Shown in pieces: positions 37,419 to 51,318 of a stretch of DNA of 64,000 nucleotides. Below the pieces are notes generated by a model, which searched no databases, was not told the origin of the DNA, and worked only from the letters and a program-made list of their open reading frames with translations. Each line of letters opens with the position of its first letter. Position 1 is the stretch's first letter. This DNA is from Hemiscyllium ocellatum (taxonomy: Eukaryota), in contig NC_083449.1 of assembly GCF_020745735.1 (NCBI RefSeq), positions 10,452,923 through 10,516,922 of the forward strand. Direction: 5' to 3'. A program made the translations under genes and the position numbers.

Positions 37419-38645
37419 TGTCAGAGCATAACCCCAACTGGGGATGGAAGACTCAGCAGGCAGACAGGTTTTAGGCAAATGGTAGGTGTTTATTCAAGCA
37501 GAAACTGGTTGGTGCTGGCAGAGGGCCAAAGGATTGTCCTCAGGGACTGGCCTCAGAAGAGAGGTCCATGACACACTCTGATTTTACAAAAAAAAGCAAT
37601 ATTTTTAATAAACTTTCTGATAACAATAAAATACAACTTGATTATGATGTTCCTCCCTCTTACTTTGCATATACTATTCAATGAGACACCTAATCAGTGC
37701 TGGGCATTTCTACGGACAGCCAGGATCCCCTGACCTCTCAGTTTACAGGACATTAATTTCTAGGCCTTGCAGTCTTTCTATGTATCCTATGAATTCACAT
37801 TCCGAAGTTATTTACTATACACCCTCAGGTTTCTCTCAGGCTAGCTTGTCTCTCAGGGCAGCTTGTATGTTGCTATTCATTCTTTTCCATTTTATCAAAT
37901 TCAATTGCTCCTCTGATATAATTAGAACATTGTTTTTTTCTTCATATATTCCCCAAAGGACAGTCTGCTTTGACTTACTTGCCATAGACTTGTAATTTTA
38001 ATTTCTGTTATAAAAAGTTAGTTACAAAGTGTAAAGTAATTTAGTTACCCCAACTATTAGCACTTTGTGATTAATGCATTGTGAGCAATCTATTTTGTTT
38101 TGGGCATAAGAGAAGTCATTACCTAAAGCTAACTAGCCTTTACTTCCAGGTTTAAATGCATCTTTTCGCTTTAGTATTCTGCACCTAATTTTTTATGCTG
38201 AAAACTACTATGATGATGCTCAGACTCTTTATGAGCACATTTTTCTTCATATTCTGACTTATTTCAAGAAACTACAGGCTATAAGATAACTTTAGTTGTT
38301 GCACCCTCAGCAGTTTTAGGGCATTAATGGGCTGTAACTAGCATCTGGTGTCTGTTCATTAACTGGGACAATTACTCTTTCATTTAATGTGGCTGGAGTT
38401 ACTAATTTACTGGACCTTCGGTCTGCTTGTCAGAGATGTTTTGAATGGGAACAGGCTGGGTCCTTGGAGTGGCTTGTTCAATGATATCATTTTACGTTAC
38501 TGTGTGTGAGAGGGCAGTATGGCTTAGATACTGTCTGCCATTCTGTTTCACATCCTGCTGTTTAATTCTACTTTACACTTACACACCAGTTTGTGTTAAC
38601 AGACATGGGCCACTCTATTCTGGCCTGGAACAGGCCAACCCTACA
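37419..38645 (-). mobile_element. Probable solo LTR (~1.2 kb) inserted in a CR1
   Basis: Starts TG and ends CA. Flanks gacctt / agcctt look like a decayed 6-bp TSD. It splits the CR1 motif ggacttcagtaa..cctt|tgacaaagtccc. Minus-strand AATAAA at ~37490. Confidence 0.5.
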
Positions 38646-39810
38646 AGCCTTTGACAAAGTCCCATGTAAAAGACTGGTCCAAGGTTGGCTCTTGGAGTCT
38701 TAAGCAAACTGGATCTGACATTAGTTTGCAGACAGGATGCAAACTACGATAGTGGAGGGTTGTGTTTGTGATTGGAAGCCTGAGACCAGTAGTGTATCAC
38801 AGGGATCAGTGCTGGGACCCTTGCTGCTTGTTATGTACATATTAACAATTGGATGTGAATGTAGACCATACAAGCCTGCAGATGAATTTTTCAAGTAGAA
38901 GTATTAAATGTTTCAGTGTAGCCTTGGAGTGCAAAGGGCATGTTCCTAAGCTGTATTGTCCTTTGCTCTATGACATGAAAGTTGGTGGTGTTGTTGACAG
39001 TGAGGGAGATGGTCTTAGGCTACAGTATGAGAACACTGGGCACTGCAGTGACAGATGGAATTTAATCCTGATAGATGTGAGGTAATGAATTTTGGGTGGT
39101 CTAATAAGGGAAAAAAATTATACAATGAAGGATTGGTCCCTAGGGAGTAATGAGGAACAAAGGGACCTTGGTGCACAAGTCTATAGATCCCAGAAGATGT
39201 CAGCACAGGCAGACAGGCTACTGAAGGCGACATACAGAATGCTTTCCTTCAATATCTGTTGACTATAAGAACAAGGAAGTCTTATTACAACTTTATACAA
39301 CAGATCAAATACTGTGTGCAGTTCTGATTGCCAATTAGAAGGATGGGATTGGCTGAAGAGGATGCAATGGGTTGGAATGTCTCCGTTAAAAGGGGAGACC
39401 ATATGAGCTGGGTTTGATTTCCTTGGAGCAGAGGAGGTTGAGGGAGGAGCTGACTGAAATATACTAAACTGTGAAAGATGCAGACAGTGTAGATTGTGAG
39501 AATCTTTCTCCCCTTGGCAGATGTGTCTGTGACCAGAGGGCACAAGTTGAAGTTGTGGGGAAAGCAGTTTAGCAGATATCTAAGAAAAATATTTTGACGT
39601 AAATGGTGGGTAAAGTTTGTAATATGCTGCCTGAGAGTGTGATGGAATACTCTCACAGCATTGAAGCAGCATCTGGATGTGCCCTTAAGAAACCGGAGCA
39701 TAGTTGGCTATTGGCCAAGTGCAGGTAAATGGGATGAATGCAGTTTGGTGTTTGTTGGACATCATGGACATGGTGGACTGAAGGGTTTGTTTCTATGCTG
39801 TATGACTTTA
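38646..39810 (+). mobile_element. CR1 3' part (continues from ~37365-37418)
   Basis: cagggatcagtgctgggaccc, cagatggaatttaatcctgatagatgtgaggt, and a CR1 tail. Confidence 0.8.
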
Positions 39811-39819
39811 ACTATAAAA

Positions 39820-40205
39820 TCCTTTTAAATGTTTTCTGCAGCATCTAAAGTTTAACAACATCCTTCCTGGGGAAGGGTGATGAGCATTGCACACAATCTC
39901 GCAGAAGTGGCATCACGGACGTCCTGTACAGACACCACGTGACATCCCAACTCCTACACTCAATGTTCTGACCAATGAAGACAACGTGCCCAATGCCTTC
40001 TTCACTGTCCTGTCCACCTGTGACTCTACTTTCAAAGAAATATGCACCTGAACCCCTCGGTCTCTTTGGTCAGCAACAATACACAAGATCTCACATCAAG
40101 TGTAAATCCTGCCCTGGTTTGTCTTATCAAAATCTAACATCTCACATGTATCCGCACTAAACTGCATTTCCACTTCTTGGCCCAATGAACCACCTGATCA
40201 GGGTC
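39820..40205 (-). mobile_element. CR1 fragment
   Basis: acatcccaactcctacactcaatgttctgaccaatgaag. Confidence 0.7.
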
Positions 40206-40489
40206 AGAATTAGTATTTCTTTTTCAGTGCACAATGATATAATTATTTAAAGACTGTTGAAGTAAAGGTAGGTATTAACTACCCTGCTCTGTATTGTGAT
40301 GGTGCTCACCATCATTGGGACACAGTTGTGGCTCTATGGAGAGGAGGAGGAAGAGAGAAGGACTTTGATTTTCTCTCAAGCAGTGGAGGAAAGTGCAACA
40401 GTCAAACTAAGATTTTTGAAGAATGAAACTGTTGAATTCTTCTTGCAAAAATATAGAATGAGCAGCTCTAGTCATCTCCCTTATCCTGT

Positions 40490-43400
40490 GAGGAGTTACA
40501 GGGAGATAGTCACACCTTGGGGACAAGAAAATGGCCAATGTGTTACAGACAGGGGACTGAAAGGGAACCAGCAGACAGTGCAGGGTTCCCTGTTGCCATT
40601 CTCCTTAATAACAAGATACCGTTTCAGATAGTGTTGGTGTGGGGCATACTTACCAGTGGTAAGCCACAGTATACAGGTCTCTGGCACAGAGTCTGTCCCT
40701 GTTGCTCAGGTGTAAAATAGGGAGAGGAACAACGTATTAGTCATTGAGTTTTCCATAGTTAAAGGGACAGATAGGATGTTCTGTGGGAAAGAGAGTGGTT
40801 GGTGTGTTGCCTCCCAGGTGCCAGGGTTCATGATGTCTCAGACTGTGTTTTTGGGATCCTTGAGGAGGAGCAGGAACTGCCCAAGTCATAGTCTACATAA
40901 GCACTAACAACATAAGTAGGACAAGGGATGCGGATTTAAGGCAGAAAGTCAGGGAACTCGGGTGAAGCTTGGAGCTAGAACAAGCAGAATTGTTATCTCT
41001 GGTTTGTTGCCAATGCCACATGCTAGTGAGGCAAATAATAATAGGGAGAGAGAGGATTTCAACACGTAACTAAAGGGATGGGGTGGGAGGGAGAGTTTTG
41101 GATACCTGAAGAACAAAGGGACCTTGTGGTAGGTGGGACTTCTACAAACATGATAGTCTACAGAAATATGGTTTCAATGTCACAGGAGTGCACCGGCAAA
41201 CAGGAAGGTGGTTTGAAGTGTGTCTACTTCAACATCAGGAGCATCCAGAATAAGGTGAACTTGCAGCATGGGTTTGTACCTGGACTTTGATGTGCCATTT
41301 TGGACATATGGATCGAGCAGGGACAGGAATGGTTGTCATAGGTTCCGGGATTTAGATGTTTCAGTACGACAGAGAAGATGACAAAAGAAGGGGTGGTGGG
41401 GCATTGTTAGTCAAGGACAGTATTACAGTGGCAGAAAGGATGCATGAGGTCTAATGAGGTAGTATAGGCGGAGGTTAGAAACAGGAAATGAGAGGTTTCT
41501 ATTGGCTTCAGAATAATTCCAGAGATGTAGAGGAAAGGATTGTGAAGATGTTCGAGTGAGTGTAACTGCGTAGTCATTATGGGAGACTTTAACTTTTCAA
41601 AATATTGACTGAAAATGGGTCAGTTTTTGTCCAATGTGTGCAGAAGGATTTCCTGACACAGTATGTAGACAGGCCAACCAGGTGTAAGGTAACAATGGAT
41701 TTGGTACTGGGTAATGAACCCTGCCAGGTGTTAGATTTGGAGGTAGGTGAGCATTTTGGTGAGCGTGACCACAATTTGCTTATGTTTACTTTAGCGAAGG
41801 AAAGGGACAGATATACTGCAGGGCAAGATTTATAACTGGGGGAAAAGGCAATTATGGTGCGGGTGGGCAAGATTTATGATGCATAGAATGGGGAAGGAAA
41901 CTGCAGGGGATGGGCACAATTGAAACGTGGAGCTTATTCAAGGAACAGCTACTGCGTGTCCTTGATTAGCGTGTACCTGTCAGGCAGGGAGGAAATAGAC
42001 GACTTGTTTACTAAAGAAGTTGATCTCTTGTCAAGAGGAAGGCAGTGGCTTATGTTATGATGAGACGTGAAGGCACAGCTAAGGTGCTTGAGAGTTACAA
42101 GCTAGCCAGAAAAGACCTAAAGAGAAAACTAAGACGAGCCAGGAGCGGACAAGAGAAGTCTTCGGCAGATAGAATTAAGGAAAATCCTAAAGCTTTCTAT
42201 AGCAATATCAGGAACAAAGGAATGACTAGAATAAGATTCGGGCCAATTAAGGACAGGCGTGGGAAGTTGTGTGTGGTGTCTGAGGAGGTAGGCGAAGCGC
42301 TAAATGAATATTTTCGATCAGTATTCACACTGGCAAAAGACAATGTTGTCGAGGACAATACTGAATGACAGGCTACTAGACTAGATGGGATATAGGTTCA
42401 CAAGGAGGATGTGTTGGTAATTCTGCAAATTGTGAAAATAGATAAACCTCTGCGCCAGATGGGATTTATCCTAGGATTCTCTGGGAAGCCAGGGAGGAGA
42501 TTGTAGAGCCTTTAATTTGATCTTTATGTCGTCATTGTGTACAGGAATAGTGCCAGAAAACTGGAAGATAGTAAATGTTGTCCCCTTGTTCAAGAAGGGG
42601 AGTAGAGATAACTGATTGTAGATCAGTGAGTCTTTCTTTGATTGTGGGTAAAGTGTTGGAAAAGGCTAGAAGAGATAGGGTTTATAATCCTCTCGATCAA
42701 AACAAAGTGTTTGGGAATAGTCAATATAATCTTGTGAAGGGTAGGTCATGCCTCAAAAAACTTATTGAGTTCTTTAAGAAGGAGACCAAACAGGTGGATG
42801 AGGGTAAAGCAGTTGATGTGATGTATGTGGATTTCAGTCAGGTGTTTGAGTAGATGTTTTCATTAAAATTCCCAAAGGTAGGATACTGCACAAAACATGG
42901 AGGCATGGGATTGAGGGTGATTTAGCAGTTTCGCTCAAAGATTGGCTAGCTGAAAGAAGACAGAGGATGGTGGATGATGGGAAATGTTCATCCTGGAGTC
43001 AGTTACTAGTGGTGTATCACAAGATCTGTTTAGGGCGAGGGTGTAGAAGGATCAGTTTGTAAATTTGCAGCTGACACTAAGGTCAGTGGACAGTGCTGAA
43101 GGATGTTGCAGGTTACAGGGGGACATTGATAAGCTACAGAGCTGGGCTGAGAGGTGGCAAATGGAGTTTAATGTGGAAAAGTGTGAGATTATTCACTTTG
43201 GAAGGAGCAATATGAGTAAAGAGTACGGGGCTAATGGTAAGGTTCTTGGCAGTGTAGATGAGCAGAAAGATCTGTGTACATGTTCATAGATCCCTGAAAG
43301 TTGCCACCCACGTTGATAGGGTTGTTAGGAAGGCATACGATGTGTTAGCTTTTATTGAGAGAGGGATTGAGTTTTGGACCCATGAGGTCATGCTGCAGCT

Positions 43401-43775
43401 CGACAAAACTCTGGTGTGGCCACACTTGGAAATTGCATCCACTTCTAGTCACCGCATCACAGGAAGGTGGTGGGAAGAAGGTGGAGAGGTGACTTCATAG
43501 AGATACAAAATAATCAGAGGGTTAGATAGTGTGGACAGTGAGAGCCTTATTCCTCCGATGGTGATGACTCGCATGAGGGGACAGCACCTTAAATTGACGG
43601 GTGATAAATATAAAACAAATGTCAGAGTAGTTTCTTCATTTCAGAGTAGTAGAGGTGTGGAATGTCCTGCCTGCAAATGTAGTAGACTCGCCAGCTTTAC
43701 GGGCATTTAAATGGTCATTGGATAAACATATGGATGAAAATGGAATAGTATACTGTGCTGTCATGTTCTGTGTTC
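40490..43775 (+). mobile_element. Near full-length decayed CR1 (ORF1 esterase-like remnant, endonuclease, RT, tail)
   Basis: gtgtgttgcctcccaggtgccagggt (VCCLPGARV), LKCVYFNIRSI, LTQYVDRPTR..DLVLGN, IKENPKAFY, WAERWQMEFN. Confidence 0.88.
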
Positions 43776-43973
43776 TATTATCTCACTAAATCTTTCATGC
43801 TCCACTGTTTCAAATTATGATTATGTGATCGCATTGAGTATTTGAGAAAAAGATAGAGTTTTCTTGTATTTAATATCAGACTTCATAGGAACGCAGGGTT
43901 ATTTGTAGAAAATGAAAGCTAATTTGTAACAGTGGCACATGAAGCATTTTTGGTGAAGATGGAGTCATAAAAT

Positions 43974-44284
43974 CCCGGTGGCATAGTGGTTAGCACTGCT
44001 GCCTCACAGCGCCTGAGACCCGGGTTCAATTCCCACCTCAGGCGACTGACTGTGTGGAGTTTGCACATTCTCCCAGTGTCTGCGTGGGTTTCCTCCGGGT
44101 GCTCCGGTTTCCTCCCACTGTCCAAAGATGTGCGGGTCAGGTTAATTGGCCATGCTAAATTGCCCGTAGTGTTAGGTAAGGGGTAAATGTAGGGGTATGG
44201 GTGGGTTGTGCTTCGGCGGGTTGGTGTGGACTTGTTGGGCCGAAGGGCCTGTTTCCACACTGTACGTAATCTAATCTAATCTAA
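43974..44284 (+). mobile_element. HE1 SINE, young
   Basis: Near full length, B box gggttcaattccc, (taatc)n tail. Confidence 0.92.
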
Positions 44285-44594
44285 AATACCTGTGCTAATG
44301 GTCTTCTGCCACCATGGTACATTTATGGAAATGGAATGCTGTCTGAATGGGAGTAGAATTGTTAGCTGGATGTCTCTGACTGCTGCAGACCACAATGACT
44401 CCATGTGAGAGTGATATTCACCTCGACTGGATCATTTCCTGTTGCCTGCAGGATATATGGAACTCCATAACTATTAGTCCTGCTCTGCAGTTACAGTGTT
44501 TGTATTTTGAACTAATTCTCAATTAGTCAGTTGCTGTGTGTGACTGCAGTAATTATTTTCCACTGTCAGAAATAACATTAGAAATTCCTGGAGA

Positions 44595-44725
44595 AACTCA
44601 GTTCGAATAATAGTCACTGGCCCCAATATATTAACTCTGCTTTCTATCAATGGATGCTGCCAGACGTGCTGAGTTTTTCCAGAAATTTCTACATTTGTTT
44701 CTAGCCTCAAGCATCTGCAGTTTTA
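44595..44725 (+). mobile_element. Degenerate Penelope terminal repeat
   Basis: gatgctgccagacgtgctgagtttttccag...agcatctgcagtt. Confidence 0.6.
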
Positions 44726-45084
44726 TTTGACAGGCTTTGGCAGAGAATGAGTGTTTGGAATTCACATTGTTTAATTGTCATGTGACTACATGTGACAACC
44801 ATTCATTAAAGGGTTAACTCTGTCCTGCCCAATCACTAATAAACTTAATAACACTGTTTTATCCTGTAAATTGGTGACTTTTGTCTGTTTTTTTCCCTCT
44901 GTACTTAACATCTATGTTACATATGGTTTTTGAAATGATGTTACAGTCTGATTTGCTTTTCCATCTTGATTTTAACTTTATAAATGTCATATTAAATGTA
45001 GATTTAATGCCTTTTCAGTGTATCTATTTTCAGATAACAATTCAGTCTAAACACCTTGAAAAATGGTGTAAAATATCAATGGGC

Positions 45085-48000
45085 TTGACAATATTAGGCA
45101 AGAACTTTCAAAAGCTGAATGGCAGCAGATGTTCGCAGGTAAAGGGACAGCTGGAAAATGGGAATCCTTCAAAAATGAGATAACGAGAATCCAGAGACAG
45201 TCTGCTCCTGTTAGAGGGAACAGCAAGTCTGGAAAGTGTAGGGAATGCTGGATAACGGAGAAATTGATGTTTCCTTCTTTCTCTGGACCAAAACCTATGT
45301 CAGGTATAGACAGCAGAGATCGAGTGAATCCTGAGAAGAGGAAAAGGCAGAAGGAGAGATACTAAAAGAGTATTTTGCATCACTGTTTACTGTGGAGAAG
45401 GACATGGAAGATATAGAATGTGGGAAAATAGATGGTGATATCTTGAAAGATGACAATATTATAGAGGAAATAGTACTGGATGTCTTGAAACGCATAAAGG
45501 TGGATAAATCCCAAAGACCTGATCAGGCATACCATAGAACTCTTAGGGACATTATGGATGTGGTTTGGTATGTCCATTGCTGAGATATTTTTAACATAGA
45601 GAGTCATAGATGAGGTGCCAGAGGACAAGAGGTTGGCTAACGTGGTGCTACTATTTAAGAAAGGTGATAAGGAAAACTCAGTGAACTTTAGGCTGGTGAG
45701 CCTGCCATCGGTGTTGGGCAAGATGTTGGAGGGAATCCCGAGGGACAGAACTTGCACGTATTTTGACAGTCAAGGACTGATTCGGGACAGCGAACATGGT
45801 TTTGTGCATGGGAAACCATGACACACAAACTAAATTGAGATTTTTGAATAAGTAACAAAGAGATTTCCCCATGGGAGACTGGTTAGCAAAGTTAGATCTC
45901 ATGGAATACATGGAGAACTTGCCATTTGGATACAGAACTGGCTCAAAGGTGGTAATGGAGGGTTGTTTTTAAGACTGGAGGCCAGTGACCAGTGGAGTGC
46001 TGGATCTACTACTTTTTGTCATTTATATAAATAATTTGGATGTGAGCAGAGGAGGTATAGTAAGTAAATTTGCAGATGACACCAAAATTAGAGTGTTGTG
46101 GGCAGTGAAGAAGGTCCATCTTGATCAGATGGACCAATGGCTGAGAAGTGGCAGATGGAGTTTAATTCAGATAAATGCAAGGTGCTGCATTTTGGGAAAG
46201 CAAATCTTAGCAGGACTTATGTACTTAATGTTAAGCTCCTAGGGAGTGTTGCTGAACAAAGAGACTTTGGAGTGCAGGTGCATAGTTCCCTGAAAGTGGA
46301 GTCGCAGGTAGATAAGATAGTGAAGAAGGCATTTGGTATGCTCTTCTTTATTGGTCAGTTTTGAGTACATGTTTGCAGCTGTACACGACATTGGTTAGAC
46401 CACTGTTGGAATATTGCATACAGTTCTGGTCTCCTTCCTATTAGAAGAATGCTGTGAAACTTGAAAGGGTTCAAAAAGGATTAACAAGGATGTTGTCAGA
46501 GTTGAAGGAGTTAGGCTAGGAGAGGTTGAATAGGCTGGGGCTGTTTTCCCTGGAGTGTCAGAGGCTGATGAGTGACCTCACAGAGGTTTATAAAATCAAG
46601 AGTGACATGGAAAAGGTACGTTCCCTGGGATGGGGAAGTCCAGAACTAGAGGGAATAGGTTTAGGGAAAGATAGAAAAGATATAAAAGACACCTAAGTGG
46701 AAAGGTTTTCATGCAGAGGGTGGTACATGCTTTGAATGAAGTGCCAGAGGAAGTGGTGGAGGCTAGTACAATCGCAACTTTTAAAAAGCATCTGAATGGC
46801 AACACGACGCCTGGAGGAAGACTGCCTCATCTTCCGCCTAGGAACCCTCCAACCATAAGAGATGAATGCAGATTTCTCCAGCTTCCTCATTTCCCCTCCC
46901 CCAACTTAACTCAGTCCTAACCCTCAGACTCAGCACCGCCTTCTTGACCTGCAATCTTCTTCCCGACCTCTCCGACCCTACCCCCTCACCTTAACCTCCT
47001 TCCACCTATCGCATTCCTAACGGCCCTCCCCCAAGTCCCTCCTCCCTACCTTTTATCTTAGCCTGCTTGGCACACTTTCCTCATTCCTGAAGAAGTCTTA
47101 TGCCCAAAACGTCGATTTTCCTGCTACTTGGATGCTGCCTGACCTGCTGCGCTTTTCCAGCAACACATTTTTCAGCTCTGAAGGGATATATGAATAGGAA
47201 GAGTTTGGAGGGATATGGGCTGGGTGTTGGCACGTGGGACTAGATTGGGTTGGGGTAGCTGGTCGACATGGAAAGTTGTACCAAAGGGTCTGTTTCCATG
47301 CTGTACATCTCTTTGACTTGATGATTGATGAGAGTAGAGCAGTGGATGGGATCTATATGGACTTCAGTAAAATGTTTAACAACTTTCCTCATTGCAGACT
47401 GGTTAGCAAAGTTAGATCACATGAAAATCGGGGAGAACTAGCAATTTGGACACAGTTGATTTGAATGTGGAAGACAGAGAGTGGTTGTGGAGGATTATAT
47501 TTTGGACTGAAGACCTGCGATCAATGGTGTGCCACAAGGATCCGTGCAGGGTACACTGCTTTTCATCATTTGTAAGAATGATTTGAATGTGAACATAAAA
47601 AGTTTGCAGATGACACCAAATTGGCGGTGTAGTGGACAGCAAAGAAGGTTCCCTCAGAGTACAACAGGATCTTGAACAGATGAGCCACTGAGCTGAGCAG
47701 TGACAGATGGAATTTAATTCAGATAAATTTGAGGTGCAGCATTTCGGAAAGGCAAATCAACGCAGGAGTTATACACTTAATGGTAAGGTCCTGGGGAGTA
47801 TTGCTGAACAAAGAGACCTCGGAGTGCAGGTTCACTGTTCCTTGAAAGTGGAGTCGCTGGTCGATAGGATAATGAAGAAAGCATTTAGTATGCTGTTCTT
47901 TATTGGTCCGAGCATAGAATATAGGGGTTTGGATGTCATATTGAGACTGTACAAGTAATTGTAATATTGTGTGCAATTCTGATCCCCTTCCTATTGGAAG

Positions 48001-48530
48001 GATGTTGTGAAACTTGAAACATTCAGAAAAGATTTATAAGATTGTTACCAGGGTTGGAGTTTTGGAGTGAAAGGGACAGGCTGAAGACGCTGGACCTGTT
48101 TTCCCTGGAGTGTTGGAGGCTGAGGGGGTGACCTTATAAAGGTTTATAAAATCAGGAGGATCATGGATAGGCTAAATAGACAAGGTATTTGTCCTGGGGT
48201 GGGGGAGTCCAGAACTAGAGGGCATAGGTTTCAGGTGAGAGGAGCAAGATTTAAAAAGGACTTAAGGGGAAATTTTTTTATGCAGGTGGTCGTGTGTGTA
48301 TGGAATGAGCTGCCAGAGGAAGTGATGGAGGCTTGAACAATTCCAACATTTAAAAGGCATCTAGATGCAAACATGAATAAGAACAGTTTAGAGGGATATG
48401 GGCCGAGTGCTGGCAAACAGCACAAGTGTTGGCAAATGGGGCGTGATTAGTTTCGGATATCTAATTGGCATGGATGAGTCAGACTGAATGGTCTGTTTCT
48501 GTGCTGTACATCTCTATAACTCTATGGCTG
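45085..48530 (+). mobile_element. Two adjacent CR1 copies (45085-47320 and 47320-48530)
   Basis: KWESFKNEI, LANVVLLFKKG, KFADDTKI and KWQMEFN. The RT region restarts after the first tail. Confidence 0.88.
46800..47180 (+). mobile_element. Penelope-like 3' fragment nested in CR1
   Basis: TRRLEEDCLIFRLGTLQP*EMNADFS, a C-rich UTR, and a terminal repeat with a decayed hammerhead (ctgaagaagtcttatgcccaaaacgtc). Confidence 0.8.
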
Positions 48531-48723
48531 TGAACTATAACAATTATTGGCAAATGGGGTGATGTACATAAAGAATGGTGAGAGAGAAAAAATTGTAATG
48601 CCTCCATAATATTTGACTCTTGATTTGAAAATTTCTCTCTGGAAATTGAGTCAATGTGTGTCTTATTCAACCTGCTCTATAACTATGGAAAGGATGTTCT
48701 TCAGTCTGACTGCAGTAACATAC

Positions 48724-48805
48724 CTGCTGTTTGTTAGAAGGAACTGATCACATTTGGCTTTGTACCGAGGACATATTACACTGTCTGGGTCCTTCAAGTA
48801 ATTGT
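48724..48805 (-). other. 82-nt exon of the unidentified gene family (copy C, distal exon)
   Basis: cttcctccag|ACAATTACTTG...AACAGCAG|gtatgt. Reads (D)NYLKDPDSVICPRYKAKCDQFLLTNSR. Confidence 0.55.
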
Positions 48806-49059
48806 CTGGAGGAAGACAGAAGAGACATAGTCTGTAAATCAACATTAAGTCAATGAAATAATTTAATCATCATTAGGCTGTGTTTCCTTCAAGATAGCAA
48901 TTCCAGGACCACAGGGCTGATTCTATTCTTGGCCTGAGCTGCTCTTTGGTGACTGTATCAAAAAAACTGTACCAATTCACTGAGAACCAGATACTAACCA
49001 ACATCTCTACAAATGGGATAATCTAATGCAAGGGCATGTCTGTACATGAAAGTTTCCTT

Positions 49060-50310
49060 ATCTATCCATAGCTGTCAGTTCCTGCTCAGTGAATGTGTGA
49101 GAACAATTATCAAGGTGTACCTGTTAAATGCTGTTCTGTGAATATCGGAGTGTAATTATCAATCAGCAAAATCTGTACAAATATGCGAGTGAATGCGGTT
49201 ATCAATCTGTCCCTGTCACTCTCTGGTAAATATATTTACATTTTCTCATCACAAAGACAAACAGGGACAGACTGATAACTACACTCCTACATTCACATAG
49301 CATAAACCTATAGGTGCAGATTGATAACGGAACTCGTGCATCCACATAGAGGAAACTGTCAGGGACTGGTTGATAAATACATTTCATACATTTTAAATAA
49401 ACAGGATCAGTCCCTATTTGTTTCTCTGATGTGGATATGCGAGTTTAGTTATCTATATATACCTGTCAGTTTCTGCCCTGCGAATGTGTGTGTTTGCTTA
49501 CCAATCTGTCCAGAACAGTTTCTGCTGTGTGCCTGAGAGTGTAGTTATCAACCTGAATCTGTCAGTTTCAGTATGAGAATCCGTGTTTCGATATTAGTCT
49601 CTACCCGTCAGTTTCTGCTGTATGAATATTAAATGCAGTCAACAATTTGTATCCATCAGTTATTCTGTGAGAATATAGATATTGATCTCTACCTGCAAGT
49701 TTAAGCTATATCAATACGGGAGAGCAATTAACAAACAGTATCTGTCAGGTTTTGCTATTTACTCCAGTGTCATTGTAAATCTGTTTCTACTATGTCAATA
49801 TGACAGTGTAGATACCAATCTGTCCTGTCAGTTTCTTTCCTGTCAATATGTGAATACAGTTATTGATCAGTACCCATCAGCTTCTGCTCTGTGAATGTGG
49901 GTGTATTAATCAAATTGTATTTGTCTGTTTCAGTGATGTGAATTTGGGAGTACAGTTACCATTCTCTACCTGTTATTTTCTTCTTTGTCAAGTGAGTGTA
50001 ACTGTCAATCTGTATCTTTCAGACTCTGCTGTGTGAATACATAAATATAGTTGTCAATCTGTAGCTGTCAGTTTCTGCTTGGTGAATATGATTGTGTAAT
50101 TGTCAATCCTTCCAGTTTCTACTATGTGAACGTGTGAGCTGAGTTTTCACCTGTCGCTATCAGTTTCTGCTTTGTGAATGTGAGAGTTTAGTTATCCATC
50201 TTTCTCTGTCAGGCTCTGTAATGTCAGTGTTTAAGTGTATTTATTCATCTTTTCCTGTCAGTTTGTGTGACTGTCGTTCTCAACCTGTACCTCTCAGATT
50301 GAGAGTGTCT
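49060..50310. repeat. ~48-bp minisatellite with the same internal inversion (~49255-49380)
   Basis: Paralog of 1935-3005. Resumes at ~51085-51244 and ~54086-54260. Confidence 0.85.
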
Positions 50311-50491
50311 TTACCAATTTGATTTGATCTGATTTATTATTGTCACACGCACTGAGATACAATGGAAAGTATTGTTTTGTGTACTTTACAGGCAGATAAT
50401 ATCATAAAAAATGCATGAGGGTAATAGAACAGAATCTGCAATACAGTATTAAAACTTCAAAGAGACAGAGATTAATGCTAAAAATTTAGAA

Positions 50492-50686
50492 AGATTACAG
50501 TGGTGCTGGAAAAGCACAGCAGGTCAGGCAGCATCCGAGGAGCAGGAAAATTGACATTTTGGGCAAAAGCCTTTCATCAGGAATGTCTGAAACGTCGATT
50601 TTCCTCCTCCTCGGATACTGCCTGATCTGCTGTGCTTTTCCAGCACCACTCTAATCTCCAGCATCTGCAGTATCCACTTTCGCCTT
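50492..50686. mobile_element. Head-to-head inverted pair of Penelope terminal repeats
   Basis: 50492-50560 is a near-perfect reverse complement of 50589-50657. Flanked by aaaattt on both sides. Confidence 0.85.
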
Positions 50687-51278
50687 AAAATTTGAGCAGT
50701 CCATTCAAAAGTCTGATAACAACAGAGAAGCTGTTCTTGAGTTTGTTGGGTGGTGTTTTCAAACTTCTGTATTTTCTGGTGGTAGCTCAGAAAATATTAG
50801 TTTTTATACAGAAGATAGGGTGGCTGGAAGGGTGACGCGTAAAAGACAGATGGAGATAGAGTCCAAAGAAAAAGAAGAACAGTAGGACAGACAAAGGAGT
50901 GGATAACTGTCAGACTAAGTGGGTAAATAGCCTATTAATAGGGCCTGTTAGTGGCTAACAATTGGAGGTGTATAATAGCAGACTATATGTTAACAAGGCT
51001 GGCCCAACTAGAGGAGACCACATTGTGTGCAATATCTTTGCCACCATCAGTTGTGAAGACTGGTCACTGGACCTGAAATGTTTGTGTTGTTATCAATCTC
51101 TGTCTGTCAGTTTCTTCTCAGTGAATATGTGAGTGTCGCTATCAAAGTGTACATGTCAATTTGTGTGATTTGAACTGGGAGCATAATCAATCTATTCCTG
51201 TCAGTTTCTGCTTTATGAATATGAGAGTGTAGTTACCAATCTGTCGTGGTTCTGTTCGCCGAGCTGGAAGTTTTTGTT

Positions 51279-51318
51279 GCAAACGTTTCGTCCCCTGGCT
51301 AGGAGACATCATCAGTGC
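51279..51318 (-). ncRNA. Minimal type I hammerhead ribozyme motif at the 3' end of the Penelope element
   Basis: GCA-CUGAUGA-u-GUCUCCU agcc AGGGGAC-GAAA-cg-UU-UGC: complete core, 7-bp helix II, 3-bp helix I, palindromic AACGUU in place of helix III. Confidence 0.8.

Noticed and set aside
43974-44060. tRNA genes at SINE heads
   Set aside because: A/B boxes run directly into the HE1 body and tail, so these are SINEs and not tRNA genes.
43919-44260. Recurrent ORF MWKQALRPNKSTPTRR... (also ~52163, 54371, 16022)
   Set aside because: Antisense translation of young HE1 SINE copies.
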